DNA of 64,000 nt from the human T2T-CHM13v2.0 reference genome, Homo sapiens, in contig CP068257.2 of the NCBI GenBank assembly GCA_009914755.4, positions 43,904,001-43,968,000 of the forward strand, given 5' to 3'. The notes beneath the pieces are model-generated. The model was not told the DNA's origin and searched no databases. It was given only the letters and a program-made list of their open reading frames with translations. Positions 24,128 through 37,905 of the stretch are shown here, piece after piece. Position numbers and translations under genes: made by a program. Positions within the stretch are counted from its first letter, which is position 1; every line of letters begins with the position of its first letter.

Positions 24128-25369
24128 TAAATTGAATTTTCATGTGGAAGTCAATAACTACATAAATTTGGGAATGTCAGTGGCAGAAATCACAAAGGAA
24201 AAGATGAGTAGATGTGCTTGCATCCAACCTAAAAACATCTTTAAGTCAAAAAGCACCATGAAGAACTGCCAGCCCCTCAGCTGTGTGGAAACATCGCAAC
24301 GTTGAGGCCGGGTGAGTGTCGGTGTCCTGGGTCCATCAGGGAATTGCCCCCATCTGTGTATTTAGGTCGGTGAGGTGTCACCACGCACCGACAAGGAGAC
24401 AAACACACACACTGAAAATGGCCAGGGGTGTGGGCGAGTCCCCCATGGGGACCAGCGGTAGGCAGCATCCTCCGGAGACCACGGGAAGGCCAGGTCTTCC
24501 AGCTCCAACTTGCAAAGATTTGCTAAGATTTATATTTTTTTCCAGTTGTTTTTCAGTCTTTATTTTATTGAGGCCCCTGCAGGTACCTGTGGATTCTGAT
24601 TTGCAGCTCTGTCCAGGGAGCATCCGGCCAAACCTGGAGCCCGGGGCGTGCGGATGGACCTCTGGACGTGGGGCCACACCTGTGCGCGAGTTTTCTCACT
24701 TACTGGCTCGGAGGTGGTTCCACATCAGCACACGCAGAGCTTCCGTGTTCCTTATTAACAGCAGTGAAGAACTAGTCATTCAAATGCGCATCATTCCCTC
24801 ACACAGGGTATTTTTAAGAGAAATTGCTAGACATGGAGTTTGCTGTCAAAATGGCCCCCAGTGTGACAAGCAGATTTATTTTTACTGTGACATCCATTTC
24901 TGATGATGATGGGGGCAGACAGCCCTCCACATGGGCAGTGGGCACAGCTGAACCTCAGGCAATCGGCCACAGCCCCAGAGACAGGATCCGCATGTGAACA
25001 GACCACCAGCAGGGGCCAAAACGTCGGAAATGCAGCTTACTCTGCAGAAGGCAGCACGTCACACCCCCCAGCTCCCAAAATGTAGGAAACTGGCTCGTGC
25101 CAGGTGTGGCTAGAACGTGGGCATAGGGGAGCCCTGGGGTCACTCATGGAGCATAAACCGTGCAGCCTTCCTGGGGAGCGGCCTGGCCCTGAGAGGTGGG
25201 GACGCCAGGGCCCGGCAAAGTCCTCTCCAGGATCCACCCCCCAAGGACTCCTCCCACAGCCACACAGGGCCCACACAGGGACGTGCCCACGGCTCAATGA
25301 GGCCAGCAGGAGCGGGACACTCCATGTCCATCACCTTGGGAGGGTCAGGCAAAGCGCACTGGGTGCCCA

Positions 25370-25570
25370 CTATGGCCCCCACAGGAGCTAATCCACCATG
25401 CAGCAGGGAGGGGTCTTGGAGACGCTATGTGGGAATGGGATGTGGCACTGGCACCCCCGCTAGGGTGCCCACGGTGGCGCCCACAGGAGCTAATCCACCA
25501 CGCAGCAGGGAGGGGTCTTGGAGACGCCATGTGGGAATGGGATGTGGCACTGGCACCATGGTAGGAAGCG
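25370..25570. repeat. ~100-bp tandem duplication (2 copies).
   Basis: The unit gcccacaggagctaatccacca(t/c)gcagcagggaggggtcttggagacgc(t/c)atgtgggaatgggatgtggcactggcacc occurs at ~25378 and ~25478. Confidence 0.85.
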
Positions 25571-26499
25571 AAATCAGAGTCCAAACAAAGAGACACACAC
25601 TCCTCCAGAACAGGAGGGAAGAGACAACACCAGCAAGGACGGCCGCACACGGCGGGGCAGGGGAGCGGAGGTTGGAGTTGGGAATGAGGATTTGAAGGAC
25701 CAAGAAGAGGAATGACAAAGGTGAGGTGCCTTGCGGAGTGGTGACAACAGTGGCCAAGTGCCAATGAGGAGGACGAACCCAATGCTGGGCTGAGGCCAAA
25801 CAGACAAACAAGAAGAGCAGCACCCAGGCTTGGAGCTGAGGGAGGCCCGAGCCCCGGAGAATCGGCGCTGTCCTCTGAGCTGGCCTCTCTGATGCTGCTT
25901 TCTCCATGATAAAGAGGCGCTCTCACGGCTGGCGGAGGGAATGCTCATGGCCTGGCTCAGCCTCAGCTGCTGCTCTTACAACTGCTGTGGTCATTCCCTG
26001 CCCTTAGAAACGAAGCTGCTTCCCAGCCACCCATGTGCAAAGGAAGAAGGAAAGAACGAGAATAAACGACCAAGCCTAATCCACTTTCCCTGCCTTGCGA
26101 ACCACAGTATTTTCTGCTGCCGTGCACTTGGAGAGAGCAAATGTCACCGAGTCTTGTTGAGAAGACAAGAGAGGCAAGAGGTCTGAACAACACCCAGCTG
26201 GGGGCAAATGCCTTCAGACAAGCACAACCAAAGTAAAACAGGAACGAGCAATGACCCTAAAAGATGTGCTAGAAATAATTGACCAAGTATAAAATAAATA
26301 TTTGAGTATTCTATTGCAGTAACTTGCCATGCCATTCACTTGTAATAAATGAACCTCTTTCAAGTTAGAACATGTTGCGTTTGTGCAGCCAGGATTAAAT
26401 ATGGTAGGTCTGGGGCCCGGAGCGTCTCCCGGTGTTCCCACTCCTGGCCTGGTGGGTTCCAGCTGCAAGTGCTGGACTCTGCATTGGAAGTGAGGGTGA

Positions 26500-26822
<323 letters not shown>

Positions 26823-26870
26823 TAAAAAGTGAAGGTGGGAACCTGCACAGCAAAGAAAGATAAGACTTCC

Positions 26871-27169
<299 letters not shown>

Positions 27170-27749
27170 GACAAATCCAGAAATGCACACTAACTCCAAA
27201 GGGTTTCCTTTTAATCTTAAGACAGTTATCAGTCAGAGAGCTCAGGCATGAACCAAAATCTATGTTTGTGGAAAATGATACACAGACAACACTCACCACA
27301 CAGGTGCATCACACTGACACGACACCACACGCATTCACCACATCGGCATCGTAAAGGGAAGCCCCAGTGACTACGGAACATTTGTGACTGTCTCTGGGAA
27401 GTTTTTCAAAAGGCCAGTTCTGAAAACTTCCACTAACAGCCTGGGAGGAACAGAACCTAGACTCACTCTCCCCCATGAAACAACTGAAAAAAACAGGCAA
27501 ATATGTGAAGCAAAATGTTTTCAGAGCCTGGTCTCCGGCAGCGTGGTGCAGTGCTCCCTGAGAGACGTGAAACAAACGGGTTGAGACCTAGAGCTGCCGG
27601 AGCTCATGACCAGGAGAGAGTTTCCAGGATGCAGCACAGGGAAAAGGAATCCAGGCAGAACCACGGTTTCCTACAGCTGAGGAAACACAGCTGGGAGCCT
27701 GCTAGGCAAAGATGGCCATAAACCACAGGACGGAGTCCCAGACAGAAAG

Positions 27750-27990
27750 GAGCTGTACTTACGGTAGATTCCAACAATCCGCAGAAGATCCTCCTCCGGT
27801 ATCTAGGTGTGAATGGATCAGAGGGGAAGGAGCTGAATTTACGGTAGATTCCAACAGTCCATGGAAGATCCTCCTCCAGTGTCTAGGTGTGAATGGATCA
27901 GAGGGGAAGGAGCTGAATTTACAGCAGATTCCAACAGTCCGTGGAAGATCCTCCTCCGGTATCTACGTGTGTACGGATCTGTGCAGGTGT
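27750..27990. repeat. 80-bp tandem repeat, about 3 copies.
   Basis: The unit ggagctgaatttacggtagattccaacagtccatggaagatcctcctccagtgtctaggtgtgaatggatcagaggggaa is repeated with a few substitutions. Confidence 0.9.
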
Positions 27991-29013
27991 GAGAGGCAAA
28001 TACTCAAGGCCAGGGAAAGACCATCAGAAAGAGAAGCAGAAGTGACCCTTAGAGCTCATGCACAGGCAGGAATGTTGCCTGTTCCGCCAGTCAGAGCAGA
28101 GATCTCATGGCCCATGGGACGTGGAGTGGAGCACTCAGAAGGCTTTGCCACAGTAGGGGAGATAAACTCGTTCTAGGCTAAAAACTGTTCTGACCTTGCC
28201 TGAAACGTTCAAAGCAAGCCTCGGGAGAAACAAACTGTTTCCATGTAACTTAATTGCATTCCAGAACAAAGCTCAAGAATATTTGTAGGAAGACAAAAAT
28301 GTCAATTATTTAACAAAGTAAACTCAGAATATCTGGCGTGCAATCAAAAATTAGTGGGCATGCAAAAAAGAAAAAGAAAACGTAACCCAAAATGAGGATA
28401 TAAATTAATCCATAGAAACAGATCTAGAAATGACAAAGAAGGTAGATTTAGCAGAAAAGGACATTAAAACAATTATTGTAACTATATTTTTATGTTCAAA
28501 ATGGTAAAGAAAAGAGTGAGTATTAGGAGGAGACACATTGAAGATTTAAAAAAAAAAACACAAATCAAACTTCTAGAGATGAAAACTACAACGTCTGAGG
28601 TGAAAAGTACACTGGATGGGATCCCCGCAGATTAGACATTGAAGAAGAACAGATGCGTGAACCTGAAGACACAGCAACAGCAATAGAGACTGTACAAAAT
28701 AAAACACACAGAAAAAAATACTTAAAAAATGGACAGAGCATCAGTGAGCTACAGGACAACTTAAAGTGCCCTAATGCGTGTGTAATATTAAGGCACTTTA
28801 AGTTGTAAAACAAGGATTTGAACAAGGTAAACCCACAAATCCAAGAATCTCAGTAAACCCCAAGCACAAGAAATATTAAGAAAACAACACCAAGTCACAT
28901 TATAATCTAACTGCTCAAAACTTGTGTTAAAGAGAAATTTCTTAAAACCAACTAGAGGGAGGGAAAACTTCACATACAGAGGAATGAAGATAAGGATAAG
29001 GATGGATTTCTGA

Positions 29014-29390
<377 letters not shown>

Positions 29391-29720
29391 GAAAGTACCA
29401 ACAGATTTTTAAAAAGTGTTAGAATTCTATACCCGAGAAAAGCATCTTTTAAAAATGGAGGTGAAATAGACTTTTTTAGGAATCCAAAGACTGAAAGATT
29501 TCATCAACAGTAGACAAATGTCATATGACATGTTAAAGGCAGTCGTCGGACAGAAGGACAATCTGAAGCTGGACAAAGGAATAAAAAGTATTGGAAATGG
29601 AAAATATGTGGACGAATATTAAAAACTTACTTTTAAAATATCCTTAAAAGATAACCAACTGCTTAAAACGAAAAGAAAAAACCTAATGATGTATTGTGAG
29701 GTTTAAAAATGTGTGAGGTT

Positions 29721-30027
29721 GGCCAGGTACGGTGGCTCACACCTGTAATCCCAGCACTTTGGGAGGCCGAGACGGGCGGATTGCTTGAGCTCAGGAGTTT
29801 AAGACCAGCCTGAGCAATGTAGCAAAACCCCATCTCTACAAAAAATACAAACAATTAGCCGGGCATGGTGGCACATGCCATAGTTCCTGCTACTCGGGAG
29901 GTTGAGGTGGGAGGACCTCCTGTGCCCGAGAGGTCAGGGTGGCAGTGAGCCATGATCGTGCCATTGCACTCCACAATCCAGCCTGGATGACAGAGTAAGA
30001 AAGACCCTGTCTCAAAAAAAAAAAAAG
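29721..30027 (+). mobile_element. Alu SINE, nested in the L1.
   Basis: The element reads ggccaggtacggtggctcacacctgtaatcccagcactttgggaggccgagacgggcgg...gaccctgtctcaaaaaaaaaaaaa. Confidence 0.95.
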
Positions 30028-30915
30028 TGTGAGGTTTAAAAACGTGTGAGTTTTAAAAATGTTTGACAACAGCAAAAAAGGTGTGAGAGGGGATGGAAAG
30101 ATGCTATTTTAATATCACATTACTGCGTAAGTTAAAGATACATACTATTTATCTTAAAGCTACAAATAAAAGAAAAAACAAGAATTATAGCTAATAAGCC
30201 AACAAAGAAGATAAATGGAATTAAAAACACAATGCAAAAGAAGGCAGAAAAAAGAAAAAATAACAGATGGAACAAATATAAGAAGAAAAGTAAGATAATA
30301 GATTTAAACCCAATCATATTAATAATCACAGTCATGTTCTAATTGCCCAAACAATTCAACTGGGGCAGAGATTATATGATTAGATAAGAAAGCCAGACTC
30401 AACTTTATGTTGCTGACAGGGAAAAACACTTTAAATATAAATATATAAAATTGGCTTAAAATCAAAAGATGGAAAAATATATACCATCGCACTATTCAAA
30501 AGATGGCCAGAGTGGCTATTACAATATCAAAGTAGATATCAGATAAGTAACATTGTAAGAAATAAAGAGGATTTTTTATAATAATAAAGGGATTAGTTCA
30601 TCAAGAGATCTTAACAACCCTAACCATGTACGCACCTAATAAAGCTTCAAAATACATGAAGCAGAAACAGCTAGAATGTAAGGAGAAGTACACAAACCAA
30701 CAATTACAGTCAGAGAGTTCAACACCTCATTTCAATAACTGATAGAACAAATTGATAGACAACTTAGTAAAGGCAGACAAGACTTGAAGGATACTATCAG
30801 CCAAATTAATATTTATCAAATATGTCACCCAGCAACAGGAGAATACACATTCTTTTCATCTGTACACAAACAATTTACCAAAATAGGCCGTATTCTGGGT
30901 CATAAAACAATTCCC

Positions 30916-31249
<334 letters not shown>

Positions 31250-32099
31250 TCATGGTATGTTCTCTGGCCAATCGGAAATATATCAGGTATTAATAATACA
31301 AAGATTTCTGAATAATCTCTAAATATTTACAAACTGAAAACAGATATCTGAATAACCCACCAGTCAAAGAAACGACGAACAAGGAAATTAGAAAGTATTT
31401 TAAACTGGTTGAAGATGAAAACACAATTTGAGATTCTTTTTCTGCCTTCTCTGGTTTTAACTGAGCATCTTACATGATTCTGTACACATTCCATGTATTT
31501 CTTTTCTTTGCATATCAATTTTTATTAAAAAATTTTTAAGGTGTTTTCCTAGAGTTTGCAATATACACTTACAACTAATCTAAATCCACTTTCAAATAAC
31601 GCTATGTTGCTCCACATACAAGTATCTTGTAACAGAATATTCCCAGTCCTCTCCCATCCCTTACCACATTGCTGTCATTTGTTTTACTTACCTATATGCT
31701 ATAATCACCCAATATCATTATAATTATTACTTTTAATAAATAGTTGTATTTTAGATCAACTAAGAATAAGGGGGGGAGGATTTTATATTTATTCATCCTC
31801 AAACACTTAGTTTCTTTATATAGATTCAAGTTTCTGACCTATATAATTTCCTTCTTCCTAAGGAACTTCTTCTAATATTTCTGGTAGAGCATGTCTGCTG
31901 GTGATTAATTCTCTCCATTTTTATTTGTCTGAGAACATTTTTATTTTTCCCTTACGCTGAAGAATAATTTTACTGGATATAGAACTCGAAGTTGGTGGAG
32001 TTCTTTCAACATTTTAAATATTTCACTCTGCTCTGTCCTTAGTTAAATGTAGACACAAAAATTCTCAAATTATGCCCAACAACATATAAAAAAGAAACT

Positions 32100-32645
32100 C
32101 CACTGTGACCTACTGGTGTTTATGCCAAGAATGTAAGGTTGGTTTAGCAATGGAAAGTCAATCAATGGAATTCACCACAATAAACATAAGGAAAAATCAT
32201 GTGGTCAATAGATACAGAAACACATTCCTGATAAATCTTAAAAGCATAAGACTCAGTGAAAGAAGTCAGGCAGAAAACACTACACACTATATAACCCCAA
32301 TGATGTGACATTCTGGAGAAGGCAAAACCATTGTGCTAGTAAAAAGATCAGTGGTAAAGAGTTTGTGGGAAGGGCTGGAGGACTGAATAGCTAAAGCACG
32401 GGAGATTATTTAGGGCAGTTATTCTGTATGATAGTGTATTGGTGGATATGTGATATTATAAACTTATCAAAAACCTGTGAAACTTTACAGTACAAAGAAT
32501 ACACCCCATTGTATGCAAATTTAAAAACCATTTAGGAAGCTCAAGGACCTCAGGATGGAATCCAGAATGTGACAAAACCATCTAACTGTATTACAAACGC
32601 ATGGAACATCCTCACTGAAGGGAGTGGGGGAACAGCACTGACCTA
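32100..32645 (+). mobile_element. L1 3'-end fragment (ORF2 C-terminus and 3'UTR-like).
   Basis: Matches to the L1 3' region: gcataagactcagtgaaagaagtcaggcagaaaacactacacactatataaccccaatgatgtgacattctggagaaggcaaaaccattg...gatcagtggt..ggaagggctgg..., and ttatcaaaaacctgtgaaactttacagtacaaagaatacaccccattgtatgcaaatttaaaaaccat. Confidence 0.6.
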
Positions 32646-32739
32646 GTTCAGAATGAGTGGAGTCTTTAAGACTAAAGGCAAAGGAACAGTACGTAAGCAC
32701 TGGACTCTAGCTGACAAAGTTGTCTCCCAGTGAGGTGTG

Positions 32740-33160
32740 AATTAACAGTTCTGACACTACCATAATATTGTCTTAGTCTGTTTTCTGTTGCTATAACTGA
32801 ATGCCTAAGACTAGGTACTTTATAAAGAAATCTATTTCTTACCATTCTGGAAGCTGGGAGGTCCAAGGTCAGGCGGCTGCATCTGGTGAGGGCCTTCTTG
32901 CTAGTGGGGACCCTCTGGAGAGTCCCAGGTGGCACAGGGCATCAGATGGTGAGGGTCTTACAAGAGATGGCCAGACTCGCTTTTACAACAGACCCATTCT
33001 TCTGAGAAGTAACTCACTCACTCCCGGCATAACCCATTCATCCATGAACTGATTAATCCAATCACCTCTCAAAGGTCCTGCCTCTCAACGCTGCTTCACT
33101 GGGGATCAAGTTTCAACACACGAACTTTTGGGGAACACATTCAAACCACAGCACATGTAT
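32740..33160. mobile_element. Interspersed repeat copy, family not resolved.
   Basis: The segment cttagtctgttttctgttgctataactgaatgcctaagactaggtactttataaagaaa...ttctggaagctgggaggtccaaggtcagg...cctctcaaaggtcctgcctctcaacgctgcttcactggggatcaagtttcaacacacgaacttttggggaacacattcaaaccacagca resembles a very common human repeat consensus. Confidence 0.5.
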
Positions 33161-34366
33161 ACTGAAAATTGAACAATTAAATACATGGATAGCAGATGGT
33201 AGGAGCCAGGTTTCTCACTATTAGGAGGTTACAGAAGCAAGAGGAGGCAGCTGGGATGACCCACATGGTGCTAGATTTGAGTTGGAGACATTGGTATGAA
33301 CTGATGTTTAGCCCTGTATAGATTTCTACGGCTACCTAGAGAAGTATTTTAGATATGCATATATACATGGTTAATATATGCACATATATTTTCTCCTCTG
33401 TGAGCTGAGAGGGTTTGGCAGCAACAACACCTCAATAGCTATAAGCACATCTCATGCTCAGATCTCGGTTTCCAATATGCTTCTTCAATGAAAGGAACCA
33501 GGGTTCCTTGGAGAACTGGTGGATTCCAGAGCTGGGGCCAGTAATATACAAGATGAGACTAGAACATCTTGTACTAAAATGTAGTAATAAAATGCCAAAA
33601 CAAACCTCAGATTGATGGGCTATGTCAAAGGGCTACAGGAGTTGACTGGAAGAGCTCCTAACGGGCAATGCTGGAACAGTGTGAGCAACAAAATCAAGAA
33701 GTGTTATTGCACTGTGACCCAAGTGTAAATACCCACAAGTCCACGCCAATCTAAATAAAGGATGCAATAACATATCCACAAATAAATGAAGGAGAAGAGA
33801 CAAATCTGCATGGAGGAATGACAAATAATTTATGTAGACACTCTGCCTCAGAGGGGGCGTAACTCCCCAGTTCTTGCGTGCAGGCTGGGCACAGCAACTT
33901 CCCTCCAAGACGGACTGTTCCGGAAGGGGAAAGAACACTCTCAGCAAGGAAGCGGACAAGCTGTCTTAGCCAGGTGATGAAAGTCCTCATCAATGGTGAC
34001 AATCATGCTGGTCATACGGATCCTTGACATGATTGTCTGAAGATGGTGGGTTACCTCAATGGTCTTCTTTCAAAACCCCATATTCCCAGTTTAATCATGA
34101 GAAAACCTCAGACGCCAGCAGATCCCAACTGAGAGACACTCTGCAGAATACCTGCCCAGTCCTCCTCAAAACTGACAAGGCCATCGAAAGTAAGAAAAGC
34201 TTGAGAAGCTGTCACAGCTAAGAGAAGCCTATGGGGACGAGATAACTAAACGTAGCATGGGATTCTGAACAGGATCCTGGGGCAGAAAAGGCGCCTTAGA
34301 GAAAAACTAATAATATCTGAATAAAGTGGGGACTTTGGAGAGCGACAATGTATCAGTATTGGTTCA

Positions 34367-34815
<449 letters not shown>

Positions 34816-34910
34816 CTAGAAAAAATAATAAACAGTTTAGTTATGGCAAATAAGCACATGAAAGAGTGTCATTATTCATGAGGGAAACGGAAATTAAAAC
34901 CCGGTAAGAT

Positions 34911-35215
34911 GGCTGGGGCGCAGTGGCTCACGCCTGTCATCCCAGCACTTTGGGAGGCCAAGACGGGCGGATCACGAGGTCAGGAGATCAAGACCATCGT
35001 GGCTAACATGGTGAAACCCCGTCTCTACTAAAAATACAAAAACTTAGCCGGGTGTGGTGGCGGGCGCTTGTAATCCCAGCTACTCAGGAGGCTGAGACAG
35101 GAGAATTGCTTCAACCTGAACCTGGAAGGTGGAGGTTGCAGTGAGCCGAGATAGCACCCACTGCACTCCAGCCAGGGCAACAGAGCGAGACTCCATCTCC
35201 AAAAAAAAAAAAAAA
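34911..35215 (+). mobile_element. Alu SINE with a poly-A tail.
   Basis: The element reads ggctggggcgcagtggctcacgcctgtcatcccagcactttgggaggccaagacgggcggatcacgaggtcagg...gactccatctccaaaaaaaaaaaaaaa. Confidence 0.95.
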
Positions 35216-35321
35216 GAAGTAAATGACCAATCCGCATGACTTGGTGAAGGAGTGACCGGCCCGTGCAATGCTGTGAATAAATGTCAAAGCAATTGTGCTC
35301 ATGACTGAGGCCAGTCTAACA

Positions 35322-35600
35322 ACAGAGTCTTGCTCTGTCATCCAGGCCGCAGTGTGGTGGCACAATCTCGGCTCACTACAACCTCCACCTCTCTGATTCA
35401 AGTGATTCTCCTGCCTCAGCCTCCCCAGTACCTGGGACTACAGGTGTGCACCACCATGCTTGGGTAATTTTTGCAATTTTAGTAGAGACAGGGTTTCACC
35501 ATGTTGGCCAGGCTGGTCTCGAACTCCCTACCTCAGGTGATCCGCCCGCCTCGGCCTCCCAAAGTGATGGGATGACAGGTGTGAGCCACTGTGCCTGGCC
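35322..35600 (-). mobile_element. Alu SINE (minus).
   Basis: The element reads aacaacagagtcttgctctgtcatccaggccgcagtgtggtggcacaatctcggctcactacaacc...gatgacaggtgtgagccactgtgcctggcc. Confidence 0.95.
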
Positions 35601-37117
35601 CCCTGAGTCCATTTCTATACAACTCTAGAAGGTGGAGATCCATCAGTAGCTCTGGAAACAGACCGACAGCTGCCTGGGGACAAGGGAGCAGTGTAAGAGA
35701 ATCTGAGGCGGAGGAAGAGATTTTGGGGTAAATATGTTCATGACCTAGATTTTAGTGACAGTTTCAGAAGTGCCTACGTATCATATTGTGTACTTTAAAT
35801 GTGTGCAGTTAATCTGTGCTCTCAATAAAGCGAAGCCAGGGTGCGGGAAGCAAGTAGGAACCCCAGAGTTGGAAATATGGGTTTTAGAGTAAAGTCTGTG
35901 GATTGTTGGTGTTACAGAGGGACCACAGCACTGTCTTTAGCATTCACCCCGGAAGTGTGTGGGTTTTTTCTGGAGTTTAAAATGATTAATTCTCCAGTCT
36001 ATAAACACAGACCGTCCACAGTGGCACATTCCAACAGAAGCCCTGTCATCGGAGCGGATTTCATTTCACCCAATCTTGTTACACAACAAACAGCTTGCAT
36101 TGAATAAGTCATAATTTTTAAGACAAATATGTCTTCTAAATTCTCTTAGAAAGCGTCTCATGTTTAAAAAATAACACTGCTAATAGCTGACTTCTCCTCA
36201 GCAGGCTGAGTGGAAACATGCCCCGCTGAACTTCTTGGCAGGAAGATGGCAGCCCAAGTTGCTGTCCTGATGGGGGGAACACATTTGGTCTCCAGCACTC
36301 AGATGGAAATTTCCAGAGACCTTTTTATCCCTTCGTCACATCTTTAATTTTTCAAATAGGCCTCTCTCTTGCTCCAGTTGCCAGGTTAACAAAGCTGCCA
36401 AGGCCAAGCAGAAACTGGCAAGCGTCCCCAGAGACGCATCTTAGTCTTCAACATAAACCAGACCTGATTCCGCCCGCTCTGCTGTCTCCAGCCACCTCCG
36501 TCCACGGGCAGCCAGCACAGGCACCTGGGAGGCCTAATCGGATCGCGGCTCCCGGAGGGTCACTAATCAGATTGTTTTGCCTGCCGTGTTCCTGTCAAAG
36601 CGAATGTGCAGCGTTTCCAGACGGACGCTCTCTTTAAAAGCACACGCTCCCCTCCTCACTCCAGTTAGAAAAAAACGGAGTGTGCAGGTGCATTGTGACT
36701 CATGAAATCGCTCTTCGCTCAAAGGTCTGTTAACAGACTTTGTTTTGGGTCAGATTCGGTTCTACAAACTGCTACCTGTGACCCTGACAGCATGATTTAC
36801 TCTCTCTGGGCCCCAACCTCCCGCGCCCTGTGGTCGAAGCGTCCCCTTCCTATCTACCATCGTGGGGCTCTTCGGACTCTGATTCGGTGTTTCTACAAAG
36901 TACACGAAAAAGAGACCGTTTATTTTCTATCGTGTGAAAGAAAGAAGCAACTGCAGAGGACACCAGCAAGGCTGCAGGTCTTGTGTGGGTCCCTGCAGCT
37001 TTCCTTCCAGGGAGAACAGGTAAAAGTTTCCTCCAGCATGAACGTCCAGCTGTGCAAAAGTCAAAGGCCAGCTATTAGGTACAGCAGACAGAGCAGCCCC
37101 AGGGACTGCTGTGAGAG

Positions 37118-37277
37118 GAGGGAGGAGACTTGAACCCTGGGCTGAGAGATGTGTTGGAGGATGACTTAACACTGTGGAAAGGACAGAAGCTGGCGAAGAG
37201 GGAGGAGACTTGAACCCTGGGCTGAGAGATGTGTTGGAGGATGACTTAACACTGTGGAAAGGACAGAAGCTGGCATG
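37118..37277. repeat. Perfect 80-bp tandem duplication (2 copies).
   Basis: The 77-nt unit gagggaggagacttgaaccctgggctgagagatgtgttggaggatgacttaacactgtggaaaggacagaagctggc occurs identically at 37118-37194 and 37198-37274. Confidence 0.95.
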
Positions 37278-37539
37278 GGGGGCTGGAGGAGGCAAGGCCC
37301 TGGCTCAGCCCTGAAGTCGTGACAGCTTGTGGCCAGCCCGATGCCTGGTTCCTACCTGGGGAGGGGGCTGCATGGAGTCTGGGTTTGCAGGCCAACTGCC
37401 TATTCTTAGGGTGCAGCGACTTCCCCGTTATGCTGGGTGCGCACACTCCCCTGCTGGAGGGGTGCCCTGATGCTCTGAGCCAGTCAGCACAGCCTCCTCA
37501 CTGATCCCAGCTTCCAGGGGATGGCCCTTCAGCCATTAG

Positions 37540-37905
<366 letters not shown>

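Noticed and set aside
31450-32100. Whether this ~650-bp AT-rich segment inside the L1 block is a separate element or rearranged L1 5' sequence
   Set aside because: It resembles L1-associated sequence (..gctgaagaataattttactggatatagaactcgaagttggtggagttctttc..), but I could not place it confidently by eye. It is left unannotated rather than guessed.
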